NCBI GenBank assembly: GCA_963785725.1
Contig: CAWAWS010000022.1
Location: 192,001 to 256,000 of the forward strand
Length of the DNA: 64,000 nucleotides
Source of the DNA: an uncultured delta proteobacterium
GTDB lineage: Bacteria > Myxococcota_A > Polyangia > Palsa-1104
Direction: 5' to 3'
The notes beneath the pieces were generated by a model, which had not been told where the DNA came from, made no database searches, and worked only from the letters and a program-made list of their open reading frames with translations. The position numbers and the translations under genes are program-made. Positions 53,458 through 63,739 of this stretch are shown here, in pieces (positions within the stretch are counted from its first letter, which is position 1; each line of letters starts with the position of its first letter).

Positions 53458-54095
53458 ACCTAATCGCTGGACAGACCGGCTTTAGCGACCAGAACGTCTG
53501 CCAGACAGGAATTAAGTCGCGTCCGGGCCGGTTGTAAAAGCTCGCCATCTCGTGAGCTTCGATCCACTGAATCGAGCGCGGTGATGCGCCGCTTCTTTCC
53601 TGGGACACGACTCTCGGTGGGTCGCCGACAGGACGCGGGAACTCATCGGCGGCCGACTACTGCCGTTCGATAGTCGCCTGGTCCTGTCGCCAGAAGGAGA
53701 GCAAGGTGTGTCTGCCGGCCTCGCGGCACGGCCCGCACTCGATACGAGGCTCCTCTGCGGCGTCAGGAAGACATCCGACGAAAATGTGCGATGCGCCTTT
53801 GCCGTGAACAATGCAGCCGCCACGGTCCTGCACCCACTGTGACCATTGGGCTTGTTGGAGCTGGTTCGGCTTGGGACTCATTCTGTCCGGTCACTATCTC
53901 GGAGCCGCCTCACCGAGCACCGCGACGCGAACAGTCACGCGGCGCTTCATGGCCTGATCGAGACGCCATCGACTCGCCACGTTCGTCACCCTTGGCGATT
54001 GGCGAATCTCGCGCGTGCTCTTTGATTTCTTCTGGCTGCGACGCTTGCTATCTTGTCTCGCGCCCGACGACACGACGACTGACGCGGCGCCGTGC

Positions 54096-54590
54096 TCACG
54101 CGTCGGGCGTGAGGCCCATGAAGTACGCCCTCTGCGCAGGGTAGTACGCGTCGAACTCCGGGCGAGCTGCGCCACCGCGCGAGGCGACGAGCGCGTCGAG
54201 GTAATACTCCCAGCCCGGGCCGACTTCGCCGACGCGCGCGCTATCGATGTTGTGATGGATGAACTCGAGCTCGCAGCCGTCCGCGGTCGGCTTCAGGCCG
54301 AGCTCGAGCCGCGACGTGAACGCGCTGCCGACGGAGTCGAGCACCAAGCGGCGGGGGGCTTCGCACGCCTCGATCTTCTTGGTGAGCCACGGCTGGCCGT
54401 CCTCGAAGCCCATCTGGACGCGGATCTCGTTGCCGACACCGGGCGTGCCTTCCCAGCGGCCGAACCAGCGCGCGGTGCTCGACGGATCGGTGATGCTCGT
54501 CCAGACGTCCTCGATCGAGGCGTGAAACCGGCGGCTGAGGACGAGATCTTTGCCGTGGATGCGGCCGGTGGGCTGCGGCTGATTGGTCAT
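54096..54590 (-). CDS. SRPBCC/AHSA1-family protein
   Basis: RRFHASIEDVW..ITDP...RWFG...PRRL...GPGWEYYLDAL. Confidence 0.9.
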   Translation of the reverse strand: MTNQPQPTGRIHGKDLVLSRRFHASIEDVWTSITDPSSTARWFGRWEGTPGVGNEIRVQMGFEDGQPWLTKKIEACEAPRRLVLDSVGSAFTSRLELGLKPTADGCELEFIHHNIDSARVGEVGPGWEYYLDALVASRGGAARPEFDAYYPAQRAYFMGLTPDA

Positions 54591-54982
54591 TGGGATCCCT
54601 TTTTGGTCTTGGCGGTGGTGGTGTGAACAGTCGCCGCGGGGCGGGCTGCGCCGCGGCGTTGGTTGCGGACGCGATGTACTTCGGTTTCGAGCGCGGCGAA
54701 CCGGCGCTCCCAGTCGATCGCCGGCGTGGGCGCGCGCAGCTCCTGGAGGTAGGCCTCGAGCTCGTCGAGCGCGCCGACGACCAGCTCGTACTCGCGGTGG
54801 CGGCCGCGGACGGTGTCGCGCACGAGCCCAGCCTCGCGCAGCACGCGCAGGTGGCGGCTCACGGCGGGCCGGCTCACCGTGAACGCGCCGTCGAGCTCTC
54901 CCGCCCTGTGGATGCGGCGGGACAGCATGCGCAAGATGTCCCGCCGGATCGGGTCGGCGAGGGCTTGGGCGACCGCGTCCAC
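54587..54982 (-). CDS. ArsR/SmtB-family repressor
   Basis: ALADPIRRDIL...SRPAVSRHLRVLREAGLV; GTG start; overlaps SRPBCC start. Confidence 0.9.
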   Translation of the reverse strand: MDAVAQALADPIRRDILRMLSRRIHRAGELDGAFTVSRPAVSRHLRVLREAGLVRDTVRGRHREYELVVGALDELEAYLQELRAPTPAIDWERRFAALETEVHRVRNQRRGAARPAATVHTTTAKTKKGSQ

Positions 54983-54985
54983 GAC

Positions 54986-55018
54986 ACGATGCGTAACAGA
55001 CGTGTTACGCATCGTCAA
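54986..55018 (-). promoter_or_regulatory. ArsR operator palindrome overlapping a -35 box
   Basis: acgatgcgtaaca-gacg-tgttacgcatcgt (13-bp arms); TTGACG on the minus strand at 55013-55018. Confidence 0.75.
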
Positions 55019-55669
55019 TCGGGAAAACCTCCAGCAGCTGCCATTAGCGAGTGACGACCGGCTGCGAATGGGCCAGGGGTGAAGGGGGCGGGCCCCCTTT
55101 CGACAGCGGTCTGGCGGGGTCCGGGGCGGCACGCTCCCGGCACGAACCGCCTGTTCGTCTTGATATTCGTTCGACGTCGCGCACTCGGTCCTGTGCTGCA
55201 CCCTCTCGTCGAGGCCCGTCGAGGCCTCTGGCCCTGCGGAAGTGTCACCGCGAAGGAACGTAGCTCCAGCCCGGCCGGTCCAGGCTGAAGGCCCAGCCGC
55301 GACCTGCATCAGCGCCCGAGAGATCGCCGGCTAGGAACCGGGCTCTGCAGCGCTGGAGTTGGCGTAGCGCTGGCGACGGCACCTGATCCCTGCAGCTCGG
55401 CGCAGAGCTGTACGAGATCGTCCTCGGCATGTGGCACCCAATCAGTCGGCCACCGCTTCGTGGCTTTGTTTCGCGCCCTGGCGCCTGGCGGTCACTAGCC
55501 TCGCCGCTCGCCGACGCGTGTCGGCGGCGTCGGCCTCCGGGTTTTGGGTCCCCGCCCAAAAACGCATTCCCTGGGCCGGGGAGCTCGGCCCCTCGCCCCT
55601 CGTCGGGAAGGTGTCCCGACTGACCGGGACCACAGACGAGGAGACACACCATGTACAGCATCAATCGCA

Positions 55670-56202
55670 TCGAGCTGCCTCGCTCCTCCTGCTGTCGCAG
55701 TTGGCGTGACGCCATGACCGGATGACGCGACCCCTTCGCTCCGCCACCATTACAGTGACCTCATCGCTACTACGAGTCGCTCCGCCCCTTGACTGCGCAT
55801 CGATATTGTCGGCCTCGCATTCCTGCTTGTGCCTTTCTCTTTGCATCGCAGTCGAAGGTTCCCGCAGTTCAACGTAGGAGCCCGAACCAAGCTGGCGCTG
55901 CCTCTATGCCGGACGCCACGTGGCCCGTAGGCAGGTATCGTCCACGCTGATCCCGGGTCAACATCACACTCCCGGTTTTGACGTCGTCTGAGCACTTTCG
56001 GCACTTGGGCGGCAGTTCACGGATGTTCGCCTTCATTGGTTCTCACCTGACGCCTCAAGGGCGCCTTTTCCGCAACGCTCACGACCAGGGCTTTTGACCG
56101 AGGCCGCTTGCGGTGGTTTGCGCCCTGCTCCTGCAAGCCGGGCGCGAGAGGCCATTCGTTCTATTTCATCTCTCATCTCCTACGCCGCTTTCTGCGGCAC
56201 AC
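55670..56202 (-). ncRNA. 5' fragment (domains I-III) of a group II intron, probably bacterial class D; no IEP, no domain V
   Basis: Begins GTGTG at 56202; contains ...GGGGCGGAGCGACTCGTAGTAGCGATGAGGTCACTGTAATGGTGGCGGAGCGAAGGG...; ends after CAGGAGGAG. Confidence 0.8.
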
Positions 56203-56330
56203 TGATGTCCGTCGCCCACACCTGATTTGCCCGCGTCACCTCGACGCCGCGCAGCAGATAGGGATAGACCTTGTGCTCCGGCTGCGGCCGGCTCGTCGAC
56301 GGCCCGGGCACCAGGCCCTGCAGGCCTCGA
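56203..56330 (-). pseudogene. IS3-family transposase fragment (5' exon of the intron)
   Basis: PGPSTSRPQPEHKVYPYLLRGVEVTRANQVWATDI directly followed by the intron. Confidence 0.8.
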
Positions 56331-56334
56331 CTTG

Positions 56335-56480
56335 ACCATGCCCAGTATCGACGGCGTGTCGCTTCTGCGCTAGATGCGGCGGCGTCGATTACGTCAGCCC
56401 AGCCTGGTGCTGACCATGCACGCCGACGCCGATATCGCCGCCGAAGCGCTCGAATGCGGCGCGTCCGGATTCGCGGAGGG
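56335..56480 (+). pseudogene. NarL-type receiver fragment
   Basis: LVLTMHADADIAAEALECGASGF. Confidence 0.45.
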
Positions 56481-56771
56481 GCAATTCCCCGTCAGACAAC
56501 TCGGTGGTCTTTGGACGATCCTACTGAGAGGAGGAGGCGGGACCGAAAAACGACTACGTTTGGGGAAGGTCGCCGACTTCGTAGAGGGCGTCGGCGCCGG
56601 CGCCGGTCTCAATCGCGACTTCGGCGCGGCCCATTGGCGCATCATCGCGGGCGTCGAGCTATTCAACCATCGCCGGCGAACCGCTCGCTGAATAGCAGCG
56701 GGGACGTACGTAACCGAGAGCGTGACATCAAGCGCGTTGCCTCCAGCGCGGCCCGCGACGTCAACAGAGCG

Positions 56772-56855
56772 CTACCGCCTGCTCCAATAGAATCCACCGC
56801 CGCCGAACGCGAAGATCGCCAGCAGAACCAGTATCACTATCATCGTGGTGCTCAT
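56772..56855 (-). CDS. 27-aa single-TM microprotein
   Basis: AAGGAG RBS; MSTTMIVILVLLAIFAFGGGGFYWSRR*; below the ORF-track size cutoff. Confidence 0.7.
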   Translation of the reverse strand: MSTTMIVILVLLAIFAFGGGGFYWSRR

Positions 56856-56920
56856 GATGTATTGCTCCTTTGACTAGCGCTTATTACTTCACGATTCTTT
56901 GAACGCGCGATTAGCCTTCT

Positions 56921-58156
56921 TCACGCCGGCGAGCATGCCTTCGACTCCGTCGCGTTCCGCCTTGTCGTCGCTCGAGCTCGCTCGTCGTGGTTTCCCTCGA
57001 ACGTGCGACCCACCATGGAAGTCGAGCAAGGAGTGTGCCGTGGCCGTGACGAGCTTCGCCGTCTCAAATCGGAGCGTGCAATATTCTGAACAAGGTCGAT
57101 TCTGGCCGGCATCGGTGTTCTTGGTGACCGACCTTTGACGCGACCGGGCAGCAATGTTCGATAGCGTTCGCCGCGACGAGGATGAATGAGCGTCGTCGCA
57201 TCTTCGTAGACGCGCGGGGTCGTCCACAGCAACCGCAACGCGCCTTCGAGCGGCATCGACTGATAGCGCTCGGGCCATCGCTCGCGCACGAGCCGGCGCA
57301 CGACGGGTGCGTACCGCGGGCTCATCGCCGGAAACAGGTGGTGCTCGACATGAAATCCAAAGTTGAGGTGAAGTGTCTCGAGGACCTGAGGCGTCGTCAC
57401 GCTCAGTGAGTTCAGCAGCGGATCGTTCAGTTGCGTGAGCGGGCTCAGACTGTGGTTGGTCAGGATATAGGCCATCACGATCGCATTGCCGGTCATGAGT
57501 GGCACGACGAATGCGAAGACGAATCCTAGCGGGCCGACGACGAATCCAATTCCCATCCATACCGCGATCGCGGCGATCGTATGAACGATTGCCGCGCGGT
57601 GTTGCCGCGAGGTCAGACCGAACGAATCACCACCCTGTACAAGGACGATGAGACTCTGCACCGTGAAGCCGAGCAGCAAGGTGGCCGCGCCTGCCCACCG
57701 GCGACCGCCAACTGAAAAATGATCGGCGATGCGCACGGCCCGACTCTGGCGGTACTGCGCCAATGTCGCATACGTGTCGGGATCGACGCCGCTCTGCCCA
57801 GTATGACCGTGATGAACTCTGTTGTGCCACGCAACCCAGAGAGTCGGCGAGATGGCAAAAGGGAGGAATCCGAGCCAGCCGATCGCCAGCCGTGCCCGCC
57901 TTCCGCGGACGATGGACCCGTGCAGGGTCTCGTGCGCGACGAAGGCTGCGCCAGCGAAGCTGTGGCCGATCAGGAGTGAGAACCCAATCCGCGCCGGCCA
58001 GCCTCCCCAATGGCAACCAATGGCAACGACGCCTCCCGCGATGATTGCCAGATGAAGGAGTAGCCAGAGGACGCGGCTCGGCGCCGGGGAGAAGACCCGC
58101 GGCGGTAGGCTGTCGCGCAGCACGCGTGCGTATTCGTTGACTGGATGCTCGCGCAT
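56921..58156 (-). CDS. Membrane fatty-acid desaturase
   Basis: His boxes HETLH, HNRVHH, HVEHH; the last ~70 aa may be non-native read-through. Confidence 0.88.
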   Translation of the reverse strand: MREHPVNEYARVLRDSLPPRVFSPAPSRVLWLLLHLAIIAGGVVAIGCHWGGWPARIGFSLLIGHSFAGAAFVAHETLHGSIVRGRRARLAIGWLGFLPFAISPTLWVAWHNRVHHGHTGQSGVDPDTYATLAQYRQSRAVRIADHFSVGGRRWAGAATLLLGFTVQSLIVLVQGGDSFGLTSRQHRAAIVHTIAAIAVWMGIGFVVGPLGFVFAFVVPLMTGNAIVMAYILTNHSLSPLTQLNDPLLNSLSVTTPQVLETLHLNFGFHVEHHLFPAMSPRYAPVVRRLVRERWPERYQSMPLEGALRLLWTTPRVYEDATTLIHPRRGERYRTLLPGRVKGRSPRTPMPARIDLVQNIARSDLRRRSSSRPRHTPCSTSMVGRTFEGNHDERARATTRRNATESKACSPA

Positions 58157-58401
58157 GATCCACCACGGGATTAAAGATGGGTCTTGGAATGCCCGGAATG
58201 TCACAGTGAAGTCACGAGAGCGTCATCACTTGCGTAGCGAGCGCTCATGGCTGGTGCGTACGAGCGACCGGTATTCTCGATTTGCAAAAGGTTGCACGCT
58301 GCCTTGGAATCGCGGGCCGTCGTCGGCGCTGGACGCGTTCATGCGCTCGAGTGCCTGACTGCTCTGAATTCCGACGTGCGATCAGTGACGCTTACCGACC
58401 T

Positions 58402-59529
58402 CTATCCAGCAGCCGACTGCGACAATTGGTCGGGAAAGCTGAGCCGCCACAAGCGGCGCAACACTCCGCCGAGCGTACGCGGCCAACTATCGCTGCGATA
58501 GTTGACCCCATATTGCTCGCAGACGCGATGTACCTCGGGGCTGATCTCACGCAGCCGGTTGGTGGGAAGTCTTGGGAACAGGTGGTGCTCGATCTGCCGG
58601 TCGAGCGCCCCGCACAGCAGCGACAGCGCCAGCGGTACGTCGAAGTTCTGGCTAGCCTCGACCTGCATGGAGTACCACTCGCCGCGGCTGTGAGCGCGCG
58701 CGCCGTCTGGATATTGCCTAACCTCATCGCCAACGTGACCGCAGTAGATGGTTGCCGCGCTGTACAAGTTGCACATTGTGGCCGACAGCCAATTGCCCAA
58801 CAGCACCTTGCCGAAGAACGGCCCTGCCAGCGCAGGCAAAAGTATGTACTCGCGCGCCAGGTGCGGGATGAGCTTGCGCAGCATTCTTCTGAACGCCCGT
58901 CGCACACTCGCGCGCGAACGGTCGGCGAGGAAGTCGAGCTTCTCCGGGCGGCCGTTGCCGAGCACCGCATCGATGACGCCGGTGACGTGGACGTTAATTC
59001 CAAACAGAAAGACTGAGGCTTCCCACAGTAACCACGGGACCTGCACGTAGTGGAACCGAGTGTGCGGAGTCAGCGTGGTCAGGCGTACCGGACCGAAGTG
59101 GATATCAGGGTCGCGGCCGCCGACGTTGGTGTATTGGTGATGTCGCACGTTGTGGCCCACTCGCCAAGACTCCTCGTCGATGGCGGTACGCCAACGAAAC
59201 GTCGAGGACGTGAAGGCCTCGGCACCGGGCAGCCCGTCGTAGGCGCCGTGCAGAACCGTGTGGCCGATCTCGGTGGTCTCGAGCTGCTTGTGCAGGAATA
59301 GGGCGACCACCCCGGCGAAGAAGCTGAATGGCTCTGGGCTGACGTGGATGAGCGCGCGGCCGATCACTTCCAGCGTCGTCGAGGCGCGGCGTACGCGACG
59401 GATGTGGGCGACGTCCTTTGCCCCGAGCTCGGCCTGCGCGCGACGGTGAATGTCGTCGAGGGCCTTGGCAAACTGCTTCAATCGCTCTTGCTGATCACGC
59501 CGCATCGTCGCCACTGGCTCGCATCTCAT
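58402..59529 (-). CDS. Acyl-CoA desaturase (DesA3/DesB-like)
   Basis: EIGHTVLHG, HNVRHH, QIEHHLFP. Confidence 0.9.
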   Translation of the reverse strand: MRCEPVATMRRDQQERLKQFAKALDDIHRRAQAELGAKDVAHIRRVRRASTTLEVIGRALIHVSPEPFSFFAGVVALFLHKQLETTEIGHTVLHGAYDGLPGAEAFTSSTFRWRTAIDEESWRVGHNVRHHQYTNVGGRDPDIHFGPVRLTTLTPHTRFHYVQVPWLLWEASVFLFGINVHVTGVIDAVLGNGRPEKLDFLADRSRASVRRAFRRMLRKLIPHLAREYILLPALAGPFFGKVLLGNWLSATMCNLYSAATIYCGHVGDEVRQYPDGARAHSRGEWYSMQVEASQNFDVPLALSLLCGALDRQIEHHLFPRLPTNRLREISPEVHRVCEQYGVNYRSDSWPRTLGGVLRRLWRLSFPDQLSQSAAG

Positions 59530-59866
59530 CGTCGCTCTCTCCCCCGTCCAACTGGGATCTCACGTGGAACGTAGAGAGAAGTAGCGCTGCTTCCAGTTGC
59601 GATCAGCCTCTCGAGGCCACCTTTTACGCATTCGCAACGTCGACGACTCATTTCAATCGGCCAGTTGCGACGTCTCGAGCGCAACTGCGTTTGCGACGGT
59701 CATGCCGGGAACCGCCTCCTCAAGGTTCCCTTGGCAAGCTTCCTCGCGTCGCTGGCGCGCGATACCAGCTTGCCTCGATCGTCACCTGCACATTGAATCG
59801 GCGCCGTAACGCCCTACTGTACAAGATGCCAGGCATAGGCGTGGCGCTCCGGACGGAGACCGGCTC

Positions 59867-60257
59867 ATGTTGCTGCGCGAGTTTATTACCACCAACAACG
59901 ACGAATTGATCGCGCGTTGCCAGTCGAAGGTTGCCAAGCAGCCGGCGCCGCATCCGAACCCTGGGGACCTGAAGCACGGGATTCCGCAGTTCTTGAAGCA
60001 GCTCGGTGACCGCTTGGCAGAGGGTCGCCATAATCGTGAACCACCTGGTCGACTGTGAAGCCCATCTCCAACAACTCGTCGCCATGTTTGGCAGCCGTTT
60101 TAGCAATCTCGGAGCGAACACCAGTATTGCCATTCGCCGATGGATCGGAAATCTTACGAACCTCCGCGGAGCCGGAGGTCTTCTCCTCGTGAAGCGAATT
60201 GCAAAGCTGTCGCAGGGGATGATTCCGCGCCTTGCGTACGGCGGGAGTCACGGATGA
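59867..60257 (+). pseudogene. Sensor-kinase N-terminal domain gene disrupted by an internal inversion
   Basis: Plus strand: REFITTNNDELIARC...HGIPQFLKQL; minus strand: SEIAKTAAKHGDELLEMGFTVDQVVHDYGD/LCQAVTE. Confidence 0.75.
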
Positions 60258-60886
60258 CGAAGGTGAGCCCGAGCCAACCGTCGGAAGACGACGTCCCGTC
60301 GCACGTCGTCGGTATCGGCGCCTCAGCCGGTGGGATCGAAGCGCTGCAGTTGCTGCTCAGCCGGTTTACAGCGGACACGACGGCCTTCGTCGTGGTGATG
60401 CACTTGTTGCCGACGCACGAGAGTCATCTCCGGGCCATCCTATCGCGAGTCACGACGATGAAGGTGGCGACAGTGGCAGACGGACAGACGCTGCGGAAAG
60501 ACTGCATCTACGTGATCCCGTCTGGATTCATGATCACCATGACGGATGACGACCGCCTACGCCTGAGTACGCTCCCATCAACATCGCCGCGCTGGACGAT
60601 CGACCGCTTCTTCGAATCGTTGAGCGCGCTCGGTCGCGCCGCAGTCGGTGTCATTTTGTCCGGCAACGGCTCTGACGGCTCGCTCGGACTCGCATGGATC
60701 AAGAGCCAAGGTGGCGCGACTTTCGTGCAGGATCCCGCGACGGCGCGCAACCCCGACATGCCGGCCAATGCACGCGCGTTTTCCGACTACTGCCTTGCAC
60801 CAGACGCACTCGGTGACACGCTCATGGCCTTCATCGAGTCGCAAGTGAGCCCGCTTGAGTCCACGTCTGAGTCGTCATCGAACTGA
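60254..60886 (+). CDS. Stand-alone CheB methylesterase domain protein
   Basis: GIGASAGG, VMHL, GVILSGNGSDG (S-H-D triad), VQDP...MP. Confidence 0.88.
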   Translation: MTKVSPSQPSEDDVPSHVVGIGASAGGIEALQLLLSRFTADTTAFVVVMHLLPTHESHLRAILSRVTTMKVATVADGQTLRKDCIYVIPSGFMITMTDDDRLRLSTLPSTSPRWTIDRFFESLSALGRAAVGVILSGNGSDGSLGLAWIKSQGGATFVQDPATARNPDMPANARAFSDYCLAPDALGDTLMAFIESQVSPLESTSESSSN

Positions 60887-60961
60887 CTCGCGCAGAGCTC
60901 TAGATCGTCTTCGTCCGCGGCGTTCATCGGGCACGCGGAGGCGGCGCCTCGACGAGCATGG

Positions 60962-62134
60962 CTAACCGCTGCTGCTTGCCAATGTCTCGCCTCGGCACGT
61001 CCCGAGATGCGCGGGGACGACGTTCGGTAACATGAAGGAAAACGTGCTGCCACGTCCGAGCGTGCTCTCGACCCAAATCCTCCCGCCGTGTGCCTCGACA
61101 AGGCGCCTCGCGATATAGAGGCCAAGTCCAAGTCCCCGGCAATCGCGGCAGCGCAGTTGCGAGAATCGCTCGAAGATCGCCTGGAGCTTATCGGCTGGAA
61201 TGCCCTCGCCTGTGTCCGCGACGGAGAATCGCACGTCGCAGCCTTGGGACGCGACCCGCACTGTGATTCGCCCGCCTTCTGGCGTGAACTTGAGCGCATT
61301 GCATACGAGGTTCGTCAGCACTTGAAGGATCCTCACCTGATCGAAGATCGCCGGCAGCGAGTCCTTCGGAAGGTCCTTCGTCAAGGTGATCCCCTTGGCC
61401 GAAGCCACCGGCTCGAAGGCGTCCGCCGCCTCTCGCACCAAACGGCGGGCGTCGCACCGGTCCGACGCGAGGATCAGCTTGCCGGCATCGAAACTCGCTA
61501 GGTCGAGCAGGTCCCCGACGAGGTGGGTCATCTGCGCTGTGGTACGCGTGATGTTGTCCGCATATCGAGTAGTCTTGGCGAGCGTCGGATCGGCGCTCGC
61601 TTGCCGACTTATCGTTGCGGCATTCAACGCAACAGCGCCCAGGAGCGAGCGCAGATCGTGGCTCACGATGGCGAGAAAGTCGTCGCGTGCAATCAGGGAC
61701 TCGTCGGCGTGGATCCGTTCAACGAGCAAGCGCGCGTCGGTTTCTTGGCGTTCGCCGGCCAGCAGTCTAGCGAACGCCACCTCACGTTGCATACGCTCGG
61801 TGTCGAGCGTGGCGTCGGCTGTCGCGCGCTCCTGGCTGATCGCAGCATCCTCGCGTGGCCGCTCGGCGGTGAAGCTGTCGATAGCCCGGCAACCGCTCGT
61901 GCGAAGCCGCTCATCCTGGCGCCGGCGGGCCGCGTCCAATGTAGAGTTGGCTCGATTTCGTGCGACCTCCTCAGCCCTGTCGGCACCTTTCGCTATGGTG
62001 CTGTCCTGGCGAGCCATCTCAGTATCCGTTTTCTCGCGTTCGGCGTGAAGGCTCGCGTCCGTTGCGGCGCGTTCGACCGGCCTGTTCTTGTCTCCGTACG
62101 GCATTGCAGCCGGAGAATGCATCCGCCAAGCCAT
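60962..62134 (-). CDS. Sensor histidine kinase with coiled-coil N-terminus
   Basis: [33 protein letters not shown]; start uncertain. Confidence 0.9.
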   Translation of the reverse strand: MAWRMHSPAAMPYGDKNRPVERAATDASLHAEREKTDTEMARQDSTIAKGADRAEEVARNRANSTLDAARRRQDERLRTSGCRAIDSFTAERPREDAAISQERATADATLDTERMQREVAFARLLAGERQETDARLLVERIHADESLIARDDFLAIVSHDLRSLLGAVALNAATISRQASADPTLAKTTRYADNITRTTAQMTHLVGDLLDLASFDAGKLILASDRCDARRLVREAADAFEPVASAKGITLTKDLPKDSLPAIFDQVRILQVLTNLVCNALKFTPEGGRITVRVASQGCDVRFSVADTGEGIPADKLQAIFERFSQLRCRDCRGLGLGLYIARRLVEAHGGRIWVESTLGRGSTFSFMLPNVVPAHLGTCRGETLASSSG

Positions 62135-62301
62135 GAGAGCCCTGCAAGGAAGTCAACAGTGTCGATTGTGCGTACCTCAAATTCCGGCCGGAAAGTGGCA
62201 CGATGATACGAGGTTGGCGTCGAGCCATTGCCGTAGATGCTGTCTCCCGGTACCCCGACCGTGGCAGGCCTCGGCTGTCGCAGATGGCGGTGTGTCCAGA
62301 T

Positions 62302-63616
62302 TCACGTCCTTGTTCTAGAGATTGCAGTGTGCGAGCTGAGCGTACCTGTCTTGTCGATGACGAGCGTCGTCACTTTCTCCAGCCGCTCGAGCGCCTCGGC
62401 GTTCTTCACGAGCACGCCCTCCCGAGCGCCGCGACCCACACCGACCATGATGGACATAGGCGTCGCCAAGCCGAGGGCGCATGGGCAAGCAATGATGAGT
62501 ACCGCAACGGCGTTGATGAGTGAGTGCGCGAGCCTTGGTTCCGGTCCGAGCCACATCCAGATGACGAACGTGAGCAGCGACGCTGCCATGACCGCCGGCA
62601 CGAAGAAGCCGGCGACCTTATCGGCGAGCCCTTGGATGGGCGCGCGACTACGCTGGGCTTCGGCCACCATGCTCACGATCTGGCCCAGTAACGTATCGTT
62701 ACCAACTCGCTCGGCTCGCATGACAAAGCTGCCGACTCCGTTGACCGTGCCGCCAGTGATTTTGTCGCCGATGGTTTTCTCCACTGGGAAGGGCTCGCCG
62801 GTGATCATGGATTCTTCAACGCTGGAATGACCTTCGATGACCGTGCCGTCCACGGGTACCTTGTCACCTGGAACAACACGCAGCCGATCGCCGACTCGCT
62901 CTTGTTCGAGTGGAACCTCACGATCGCCCCCCGGCGCGATTTGCCGCGCCGTCGGCGGCGCGAGATTCAACAACGCCTTGATGGCACTGCCTGTGCGGCT
63001 CCTGGCACGGAGCTCGACCACTTGACCGAGGAGGACCAGAACCACGACGACGCCGGCTGCCCGAAATAGATGGCGACCTTGCCCTCGTGTCGCATCGTGC
63101 TTGGGAACAGATCGGGTGTGAGCATCGCCAGGGCGCTAAAAATGAAAGCGGCGCCGACGCCGACGGCGATCAGCGTGAACATATTCAGATGCCGCGTCAG
63201 GAGGGAGCGCGCGCCGCGACGAAAAAACGGCCACCCCGCCCACCAGACCACTGGAGTGGTCAGCGCAAACTGCAACCAGCGCGACGCATCGCTATTCAGC
63301 CAGGGCCGCCTGCTCAGCGCCGGAATCAAGTGGGCCATCGCCAGGACGAACACGGCAACATCAGTGCAGCGCCAATCCGCAAGCGCATCGTCATGTTGCG
63401 CAACTGGGCGCCATCGTCTTCGCCGCCCACGGTCATGGTCTGCGGTTCCAGCGGCATTCCACATTTGCGGCAATCGCCGGGATGACTCTCGTGAACGTCG
63501 GGGTGCATCGGGCAGGTGTAGATTCGCTCGCTCGATGCGGGGATTCCTTTGACCGCGCCGAGCCGAGCCGAGGCAAAATGGTCGCGCCCCGCCGACATCA
63601 GCGTATCGGCGCGCAT
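62302..63616 (-). pseudogene. copA: Cu(I)-type P1B ATPase, frameshifted and truncated after DKTGT
   Basis: YTCPMHP, NMFTL, TGE, CPCALGL, DKTGTL over three frames; ATP-binding half missing. Confidence 0.85.
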
Positions 63617-63739
63617 TTCTTAGCCGGATAGTAGGCAATCGAGCGGCTGGACAGCGCGGTCCTCATGGTTGAGGCGGAAGGTAGGCTCCCCCGACGCCAC
63701 CACAATGCGCTGCTTGACGGCATCCGCCGCTGCCCACGG

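Noticed and set aside
53460..54090. Short ORFs downstream of the propeller gene
   Set aside because: No recognisable motif or consistent coding signal.
55060..55669. 3' end (domain V/VI) of the group II intron, i.e. a complete ORF-less intron
   Set aside because: No domain V hairpin with catalytic triad found by eye.
56889..57020. CsbD-like small gene
   Set aside because: Resemblance too weak and no clear start.
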